Shown one piece after another: positions 53,761-64,000 of a DNA stretch of 64,000 nt. The position numbers and the translations under genes are program-made. Source of the DNA: Eledone cirrhosa (taxonomy: Eukaryota); contig OZ024743.1 in NCBI GenBank assembly GCA_964016885.1, positions 183,892,001-183,956,000 of the forward strand, written 5' to 3'. The notes below the pieces were generated by a model. It saw only the letters and a program-made list of their open reading frames with translations. It was not told where the DNA came from and made no database searches. Each line of letters starts with the position of its first letter. Position 1 is the first letter of the stretch.

Positions 53761-55338
53761 AAGTATATCTTCTTCATCATTATCATCATCATTTTACGTC
53801 CACTTTTCCCTGCTTACAAAGGTGGAACAGGTCCTCGTCAGCACATCATATCTGTATTTGTCATGGTCCTTTATATCATCTCCTCTGTGAGCTTCAGTGA
53901 TCTGAGGTCAGCTCTCACCAACTCCGCCCATATTTTTCATGTTCTTTCTTCCACGGGGATTTCTTGGCACTTCTTCACCTAGCGGTCATCATCCATGAGC
54001 ATCACATGGCCATACCAACGTAGTGTTCTCTCCAGAACACTACAGTTTATTCACCTTATACACAGTTTTACTCTCAACTCGTCTATGCTTGGTCGTTCAT
54101 GCACATTGACATTGCACATCGATTGGAGTATGCTTGCTTTATTTCTCTTCAGCCTTCTCATATCTACTACATACAAAGTTTTCCTTTCCTGTTAGTTTGC
54201 CTGCTATGTACCCAAAATTTGCATTGTGTACATTTTATAGAGTTTATGCCAACTCCTTTTCTACATATTAAGCATAGCCATTTCCCTGATGGAATCAGAG
54301 TTGTATCCTCTTTCCTACTTCATCATCATCATCATCATATGTCCATCTTCCACGCTAGCATGGGTTAGACGGTCATCAATACTTAAGTCTTTGTTAGGTT
54401 TACTCTCACTCCTTTTGATTCTAACTGCTGTTTCCACAGCATAAGAGGGAACGGATGTAGTTTACTAGAGAGGAGATTGCATTGGTATGGTCATGAGATG
54501 TATATGAAGGATGACAGCTGTATAAAAAAAATACACACACACACACAATATTTTCAAATCGTATTACAAAGTAAAGATTACTCAATAAAGAAAGAAGTAT
54601 TGGAAAGGTCTATAAATATTAGAGTAAATTTTATTATATAATATTACAGTCAAATTTGTGCTTTCTTTTCAATTTCTTCAAGTTATGAAACTTGTTTTAT
54701 TTTTTTCAAGTTTCTAATGCTAGTAATACCTAGGATAAAATTACCTAAAAATAATAAAGAATTTAATACTTTGTTAAACATATAGAAAAAGAAAGTAGTA
54801 TTGGAAAGGTCTATAAATACTATAAAAGGAGGGAAAGAACAAGAATTATTAGGCAACAAAAGAAAGAAAGGGGAGAGAATCACAGACTCTATACCTAAGT
54901 CAGAAAGATGTTTTAGCTGCAGCCTGTGGAAAAAGTGGCAATGGCATTTTATTGTATCTTGATGTCACGGAAAAGTTAAGTTAACTATTATAATGTAATA
55001 TAATATAATGATATATTACAATATAACACACATGCACACCTATATTCATATAATCAGATGATGGCAACAACTGTAGCCTGATGAAGCCTGTTGCCTCCGT
55101 ACCAGGATGACTGGTTATTTTAACTTTTAATTTTCAATTTTCAATTTTTTTATCAGTAAAATGTGAGATGGTTTATAACATATGCTTGTGTTGTGGCTAA
55201 GTTTTCTATGTGGGTGTTGTGTTTTGAAACTTGTTGTTTTGTTTGATATATGAGGTATATATTTCTTTGTATTGTAACAGTAGATTTAAGTTCTTCAATG
55301 TTTGAATATTACAATACAACATCCTCTATAAGACATAC

Positions 55339-55559
55339 CTTTTTTGTGTTATAACCAGTCAGACCTGTTGGATTTTTAACAAAATACATCAATGGCTTAT
55401 ATAGATTGGAAGGTATTCATCTTCTTTCTGCCTCTACTTGCAAATAAAGAATGTCAAGTCGCTTAAAGAAGTTTTGAATCTTCAAGTCAATGTTGTCTGC
55501 CTCATGTGTAAATTCTATTGACTCATTAGAGCTGGTCGTCTGATCTGTATGCTTGTCGC
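55339..55559 (-). other. Candidate host exon (221 nt)
   Basis: Acceptor ttaatctttcttgtttacAG and donor AAG|GTATGT; phase-1 frame of 73 codons with one internal TGA. Confidence 0.4.
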
Positions 55560-55669
55560 CTGTAAACAAGAAAGATTAAACGTTAGAGTGGGAATCATTT
55601 AAGTATGTGTCACAATGCAATCTGATTCTATAGAGAGATTTTTCTCATTATTATTTTTATTAGGAAATT

Positions 55670-56245
55670 ATGGTGGAATGGTAGTATCAAGTAAAGCGTC
55701 AGGCACAATGCTTTCAGCATAGATTTACGGTCCTTTACGGTCTGAGTTCAAATCCCATCAAGGTTAGCTTTACCTTTCATCGTTATGAGGTTGATAAAAT
55801 AAAGTACCAGTAATGCAGTGGTGTTATTTTAATCGACTTTCCCCTCTCCTCCCCTCAAATTGTTGGGCTGGTGCCTAAATAAGAAAGTATTATTAGGGTG
55901 ATGGATTGACAGTATCAGTACAGCATTGGACAACATGCTTTACGGCATAAAGTTACGGTCCTTTATGTTCTGAGTCCAAATCCCACAGAGATTAGTTTTA
56001 CTTTTCTTCCTTATGGGGTCGATAAAATAAAGTATCAGTAATGCACTGGGGTCGATTTATTTGACTTTCTCCACTCCCTTCAAGCTGCTGGCCTTGTGCC
56101 TAAATCAAAAACTATTATTATTCGGGATCTGAGTTCAAATCCCGCCGAGGTTGACTTTGCCTTTCATCCTGACGGGGTCGATAAAATAAAGTACCAGTAA
56201 TGCACTGGGTAATTGCTGACCTTGTGCCTAAAGTAGAAACAATTA
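55670..56245 (+). mobile_element. Three tandem octopus-type SINE copies
   Basis: GAGTTCAAATCCC B-box plus GGGGTCGATAAAATAAAGTACCAG, repeated three times. Confidence 0.75.
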
Positions 56246-56419
56246 CAATTATTATTATAAATTCACAAAAAGGTTATTAAACCTAAAAAAAAGAAGTAAC
56301 AAATGTATGAATTAGACAAAAATTCATGGCAATACATTTTCAAAGAACTCAAGTTAAAAGCCGCCATGTAAAACAAGTATGATTTTGTACAGAAAGTAGA
56401 GTGAATAACTTGTAGTAGA

Positions 56420-59400
56420 ATGGAATACTGGGATAATGGAATATAGTTAAACATTGTTGGGACCAGAATAACAGGATGGTAGGATAAAGTCAAACAATAT
56501 TGAGACTGGGATGGTGGGATATAGTCACATATTGTTGGTACTGGAATACAGGGATGGTGGGATATAGTCACATATTGTTGGGACTAGAATACTGGGATGG
56601 TGGGATATAGTCACATATTGTTGGTACTGGAATACTGGGATGGTGGGATATAGTCACATATTGTTGGTACTGGAATACAGGGATGGTGGGATATAGTCAA
56701 ATATTGTTGGTAGTGGAATACTGGGATGGTGGGATATAGTCACATATTGTTGGTACTGGAATACTGGGATGGTGGGATATAGTCACATATGGTTGGTAGT
56801 GGAATACTAGGATGGTGGGATATAGTCACATATTGTTGGTACTGGAATACAGGGATGGTGGGATATAGTCACATATTGTTGGTACTGGAATACTGGGATG
56901 GTGGGATATAGTCACATATTGTTGGTACTGGAATACAGGGATGGTGGGATATAGTCAAATATTGTTGGTACTGGAATACAGGGATGGTGGGATATAGTCA
57001 CATATTGTTGGTAGTGGAATACTGGGATGGTGGGATATAGTCACATATTGTTGGTAGTGGAATACTGGGATGGTGGGATATAGTCACATATTGTTGGTAC
57101 TGGAATACTGGGATGGTGGGATATAGTCACATATTGTTGGTAGTGGAATACTAGGATGGTGGGATATAGTCACATATTGTTGGTACTGGAATACAGGGAT
57201 GGTGGGATATAGTCACATATTGTTGGTACTGGAATACTGGGATGGTGGGATATAGTCACATATTGTTGGTAGTGGAATACTGGGATGGTGGGATATAGTC
57301 ACATATTGTTGGTACTGGAATACAGGGATGGTGGGATATAGTCACATATTGTTGGTACTGGAATACTGGGATGGTGGGATATAGTCACATATTGTTGGTA
57401 CTGGAATACTGGGATGGTGGGATATAGTCACAAATTGTTGGTACTGGAATACTGGGATGGTGGGATATAGTCACAAATTGTTGGTACTGGTATACTGGGA
57501 TGGTGGGATATAGTCACATATTGTTGGTACTGGAATACTGGGATGGTGGGATATAGTCACATATTGTTGGTAGTGGAATACTGGGATGGTGGGATATAGT
57601 CACATATTGTTGGTAGTGGAATACTGGGATGGTGGGATATAGTCACATATTGTTGGTAGTGGAATACTGGGATGGTGGGATATAGTCACATATTGTTGGT
57701 ACTGGAATACTGGGATGGTGGGATATAGTCACATATTGTTGGTAGTGGAATACTGGGATGGTGGGATATAGTCACATATTGTTGGTACTGGAATACTAGG
57801 ATGGTGGGATATAGTCACATATTGTTGGTACTGGATTATTGGGATGGTGGGATATAGTCACATATTGTTGGTAGTGGAATACTGGGATGGTGGGATATAG
57901 TCACATATTGTTGGTAGTGGAATACTGGGATGGTGGGATATAGTCACATATTGTTGGTACTGGAATACTGGGATGGTGCGATATAGTCACATATTGTTGG
58001 TACTGGAATACTGGGATGGTGGGATATAGTCACATATTGTTGGTACTGGATTATTGGGATGGTGGGATATAGTCACATATTGTTGGTGGTGGGATGGTGG
58101 GATATAGTCTCATATTGTTGGTACTGAAATACTGGGATGGTGGGATATAGTCACATATTGTTGGTAGTGGAATACTGGGATGGTGGGATATAGTCACATA
58201 TTGTTGGTACTGGAGTACTGGGATGGTGGGATATAGTCACATATTGTTGGTAGTGGAATACTGGGATGGTGGGATATAGTCACATATTGTTGGTACTGGA
58301 ATACTGGGATGGTGGGATATAGTCACATATTGTTGGTAGTGGAATACTGGGATGGTGGGATATAGTCACATATTGTTGGTACTGGAATGCTGGGATGGTG
58401 GGATATAGTCACACATTGTTGGTAGTGGAATACTGGGATGGTGGGATATAGTCACATATTGTTGGTACTGGAATACTGGGATGGTGGGATATAGTCACAT
58501 TTTGTTGGTAGTGGAATACTGGGATGGTGGGATATAGTCACATATTGTTGGTACTGGGATGGTGGGATGGTGGGATATAGTCACATATTGTTGGTACTGG
58601 AATACTGGGATGGTGGGATATAGTCACATATTGTTGGTACTGGAATAGTGAGATGGTGGGATATAGTCACACATTGTTGGTAGTGGAATACTGGGATGGT
58701 GGGATATAGTCACATATTGTTGGTACTGGAATAGTGAGATGGTGGGATATAGTCACACATTGTTGGTACTGGAGTACTGGGATGGTGGGATATAGTCACA
58801 TATTGTTGGTAGTGGAATACTGGGATGGTGGGATATAGTCACATATTGTTGGTAGTGGAATACTGGGATGGTGGGATATAGTCACATATTGTTAGTAGTG
58901 GAAGACTGGGATGGTGGGATATAGTCACATATTGTTGGTAGTGGAATACTGGGATGGTGGGATATAGTCACATATTGTTGGTACTGGAATACTGGGATGG
59001 TGGGATATAGTCACATATTGTTGGTAGTGGAATACTGGGATGGTGGGATATAGTCACATATTGTTGGTACTGGAATATTGGGATGGTGGGATATAGTCAC
59101 ATATTGTTGGTACTGGAATACTGGGATGGTGGGATATAGTCACATATTGTTGGTACTGGAATACAGGGATGGTGGGATATAGTCACATATTGTTGGTACT
59201 GGAATACTGGGATGGTGGGATATAGTCACATATTGTTGGTACTGGAATACTGGGATGGTGGGATGTAGTCACATATTGTTGGTACTGGAATACAGGGATG
59301 GTTGGATATAGTCACATATTGTTGGTAGTGGAATACTGGGATGGTGGGATATAGTCACATATTGTTGGTACTGGATTACTGGGATGGTGGGATATAGTCA

Positions 59401-62400
59401 CATATTGTTGGTACTGGAATACAGGGATGGTGGGATATAGTCACATATTGTTGGTACTGGAATACTGGGATGGTGGGATGTAGTCACATATTGTTGGTAC
59501 TGGATTACTGGGATGGTGGGATATAGTCACATATTGTTGGTACTGGAATACTGGGATGGTGGGATATAGTCACATATTGTTGGTACTGGAATACTGGGAT
59601 GGTGCGATATAGTCACATATTGTTGGTAGTGGAATACTGGGATGGTGGGATATAGTCACATATTGTTGGTACTGGAATACTGGGATGGTGGGATATAGTC
59701 ACATATTGTTGGTAGTGGAATACTGGGATGGTGGGATATAGTCACATATTGTTGGTACTGGAATACTGGGATGGTGGGATATAGTCACATATTGTTGGTA
59801 CTGGAATACAGGGATGGTTGGATATAGTCACATATTGTTGGTACTGGAATACTGGGATGGTGGGATATAGTCACATATTGTTGGTACTGGAATACTGGGA
59901 TGGTGGGATGTAGTCACATATTGTTGGTACTGGAATACTGGGATGGTGCGATATAGTCACATATTGTTGGTACTGGAATACTGGGATGGTGGGATATAGT
60001 CACATATTGTTGGTACTGGAATACTGGGATGGTGGGATGTAGTCACATATTGTTGGTACGGGAATACTGGGATGGTGGGATATAGTCACATATTGTTGGT
60101 AGTGGAATACTGGGATAGTTGGATATAGTCACATATTGTTGGTAGTGTAATACTGGGATGGTGGGATATAGTCACATATTGTTGGTTCTGGAATACTGGG
60201 ATGGTGGGATATAGTCACATATTGTTGGTACTGTGATGGTGGGATGGTGGGATATAGTCACATATTGTTAGGACTGGAATACTGGGATGGTGGGATATAG
60301 TCACATATTTTTTTGTACTGGAATACTGGGATGGTGGGATATAATCACATATTGTTGGTGCTGGAATACTGGGATGGTGGGATATAGTCACATATTGTTG
60401 GTAGTGGAATACTGGGATGGTGGGATATAGTCACATATTGTTGGTACTGGGATGGTGGGATATAGTCACATATTGTTGGTACTGGAATACTGGGATGGTG
60501 GAATATAGTCACATATTGTTGGTAGTGGAATGCTGGGATGGTGGTATATAGTCACATTTTGTTGGTACTGGATTATTGGGATGGTGGGATATAGTCACAT
60601 ATTGTTGGTAGTGGAATACTGGGATGGTGGGATATAGTCACATATTGTTGGTACTGGAATACTGGGATGGTGGGATATAGTCACATATTGTTGGTACTGG
60701 AATACTGGGATAGTTGGATATAGTCACATATTGTTGGTAGTGTAATACTGGGATGGTGGGATATAGTCACATATTGTTGGTTCTGGAATACTGGGATGGT
60801 GGGATATAGTCACATATTGTTGGTACTGTGATGGTGGGATGGTGGGATATAGTCACATATTGTTAGGACTGGAATACTGGGATGGTGGGATATAGTCACA
60901 TATTTTTTTGTACTGGAATACTGGGATGGTGGGATATAATCACATATTGTTGGTGCTGGAATACTGGGATGGTGGGATATAGTCACATATTGTTGGTAGT
61001 GGAATACTGGGATGGTGGGATATAGTCACATATTGTTGGTACTGGGATGGTGGGATATAGTCACATATTGTTGGTACTGGAATACTGGGATGGTGGAATA
61101 TAGTCACATATTGTTGGTAGTGGAATGCTGGGATGGTGGTATATAGTCACATTTTGTTGGTACTGGATTATTGGGATGGTGGGATATAGTCACATATTGT
61201 TGGTAGTGGAATACTGGGATGGTGGGATATAGTCACATATTGTTGGTACTGGAATACTGGGATGGTGGGATATAGTCACATATTGTTGGTACTGGAATAC
61301 TGGGATGGTGGGATATGGTCACATATTGTTGGTACTGGAATACTGGGATGGTGGGATATAGTCACATATTGTTGGTACTGGAATACTGGGATGGTGGGAT
61401 ATAGTCACATATTGTTGGTACTGGAATACAGGGATGGTGGGATATAGTCACATATTGTTGGTACTGCGATACTGGGATGGTGGGATATAGTCACATATTG
61501 TTGGTAGTGGAATACTGGGATGGTGGGATATAGTCACATATTGTTGGTAGTGGAATACTGGGATGGTGGGATATAGTCACATATTGTTGGTAGTGGAATA
61601 CTGGGATGGTGGGATATAGTCACATATTGTTTGTACTGGAATACTGGGATGGTGGGATATAGTCACATATTGTTGGTAGTGGAATACTGGGATGGTGGGA
61701 TATAGTCACATATTGTTGGTACTGGAATACTGGGATGGTGGGATATAGTCACATATTGTTGGTAGTGGAATACTGGGATGGTGGGATATAGTCACATATT
61801 GTTTGTACTGGAATACTGGGATGGTGGGATATAGTCACATATTGTTGGTAGTGGAATACTGGGATGGTGGGATATAGTCACATATTGTTTGTACTGGAAT
61901 ACTGGGATGGTGGGATATAGTCACATATTGTTGGTACTGGAGTACTGGGATGGTGGGATATAGTCACATATTGTTGGTACTGGAGTACTGGGATGGTGGG
62001 ATATAGTCACATATTATTGGTACTGGAATACTGGGATGGTGGGATATAATCACATATTGTTGGTACTGGAATATTAGGATGGTGGGATATAGTCACATAT
62101 TGTTGGTAGTGGAATACTGGGATGGTGGGATATAGTCACATATTGTTGGTACTGGAATACTGGGATGGTGGGATATAATCACATATTGTTGGTACTGGAA
62201 TATTAGGATGGTGGGATATAGTCACATATTGTTGGTACTGGAATACTGGGATGGTGGGATATAGTCACATATTGTTGGTACTGGAATACTGGGATAGTTG
62301 GATATAGTCACATATTGTTGGTACTGGATTATTGGGATGGTGGGATATAGTCACATATTGTTGGTACTGGATTATTGGGATGGTGGGATATAGTCACATA

Positions 62401-64000
62401 TTGTTGGTACTGGAATACTGGGATGGTGGGATATAGTCACATATTGTTTGTAGTGGAATACTGGGATGGTGGGATATAGTCACATATTGTTGGTAGTGGA
62501 ATACTGGGATGGTGGGATATAGTCACATATTGTTGGTACTGGAATACTGGGATGGTGGGATATAGTCACATATTGTTGGTAGTGGAATACTGGGATGGTG
62601 GGATATAGTCACATATTGTTGGTAGTGGAATACTGGGATGGTGGGATATAGTCACATATTGTTGGTACTGGAATACTGGGATGGTGGGATATAGTCACAT
62701 ATTGTTGGTACTGGAATACTGGGATGGTGCGATATAGTCACATATTGTTGGTACTGGAATACTGGGATGGTGGGATATAGTCACATATTGTTGGTAGTGG
62801 AATACTGGGATGGTGGGATATAGTCACATATTGTTGGTACTGGAATACTGAGATGGTGGGATATAGTCACATATTGTTGGTAGTGGAATACTAGGATGGT
62901 GGGATATAGTCACATATTGTTGGTAGTGGAATACTGGGATGGTGGGATATAGTCACATATTGTTGGTACTGGATTACTGGGATGGTGGGATATAGTCACA
63001 TATTGTTGGTACTGGATTACTGGGATGGTGGGATATAGTCACATATTGTTGGTAGTGGAATACTGGGATGGTGGGATATAGTCACATATTGTTGGTAGTG
63101 GAATACTGGGATGGTGGGATATAGTCACATATTGTTGGTACTGGAATACTGGGATGGTGGGATATAGTCACATATTGTTGGTAGTGGAATACTGGGATGG
63201 TGGGATATAGTCACATATTGTTGGTACTGGATTATTGGGATGGTGGGATATAGTCACATATTGTTGGTACTGGAATACAGGGATGGTGGGATATAGTCAC
63301 ATATTGTTGGTACTGGAATACTGAGATGGTGGGATATAGTCACACATTGTTGGTAGTGGAATACTGGGATGGTGGGATATAGTCACATATTGTTGGTAGT
63401 GGAATACTGGGATGGTGGGATATAGTCACATATTGTTGGTACTGGATTATTGGGATGGTGGGATATAGTCACATATTGTTGGTACTGGAATACTGGGATG
63501 GTGGGATATAGTCACATATTGTTGGTAGTGGAATACTGGGATGGTGGGATATAGTCACATATTGTTGGTACTGGAATACTGGGATGGTAGGATATAGTCA
63601 CATATTGTTGGTAGTGGAATACTGGGATGGTGGGATATAGTCACATATTGTTGGTACTGGAATACTGGGATGGTGGGATATAGTCACATATTGTTGGTAC
63701 TGGAATACTGGGATGGTGCGATATAGTCACATATTGTTGGTACTGGAATACTGGGATGGTGGGATATAGTCACATATTGTTGGTAGTGGAATACTGGGAT
63801 GGTGGGATATAGTCACATATTGTTGGTACTGGATTACTGGGATGGTGGGATATAGTCACATATTGTTGGTGGTGGGATGGTGGGATATAGTCACATATTG
63901 TTGGTACTGGATTACTGGGATGGTGGGATATAGTCACATATTGTTGGTGGTGGGATGGTGGGATATAGTCACATATTGTTGGTACTGGAATACTGGGATG
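56420..64000. repeat. 43-bp satellite array (~175 copies, continues beyond the window)
   Basis: Unit GGGATGGTGGGATATAGTCACATATTGTTGGTA(C/G)TGGAATACT; degenerate at its left edge. Confidence 0.98.

Noticed and set aside
55060-55120. CTGATGA hammerhead candidate (similar partial motifs at 490-560, 8630, 26620-26750, 29275-29305 and 30110)
   Set aside because: GAAA/UH or the CUGANGA core is missing or mutated; cannot be supported as ribozymes
55417-55421. Selenocysteine recoding of the in-frame TGA
   Set aside because: No redox motif context and no SECIS element identified
56420-64000. CRISPR-like periodic array
   Set aside because: Head-to-tail monomers without unique spacers, eukaryotic context, no cas genes

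Overview
This is repeat-dominated eukaryotic DNA, most likely an octopus/cephalopod genome (inferred from the SINE, LINE and microsatellite content). No complete host gene is visible; there are only a few candidate minus-strand exons at about 53.3-55.6 kb. Main contents: (1) a near full-length CR1-like LINE at 15.6-20.1 kb with a PHD-finger ORF1, an intact APE-RT ORF2 and a G_GGA_AAC slippery site at the ORF1 stop; (2) a minus-strand L1/Tx1-type LINE at 37.2-45.4 kb carrying two nested insertions, one being a 5'-truncated CR1 that landed in frame and creates a 960-aa chimeric EN-RT ORF; (3) a non-autonomous LTR element family with a tRNA-Trp PBS, PPT, 4-bp TSDs and TG...TA ends, present as two complete copies and one solo LTR; (4) several Penelope-like (GIY-YIG) elements and many (TA)n-embedded fold-back remnants, together carrying about 13 type I hammerhead ribozyme motifs; (5) tRNA-derived SINEs and RTE and R4/Dong fragments; (6) an ~81-bp degenerate satellite, a 43-bp satellite filling the last 7.5 kb, and many microsatellites.
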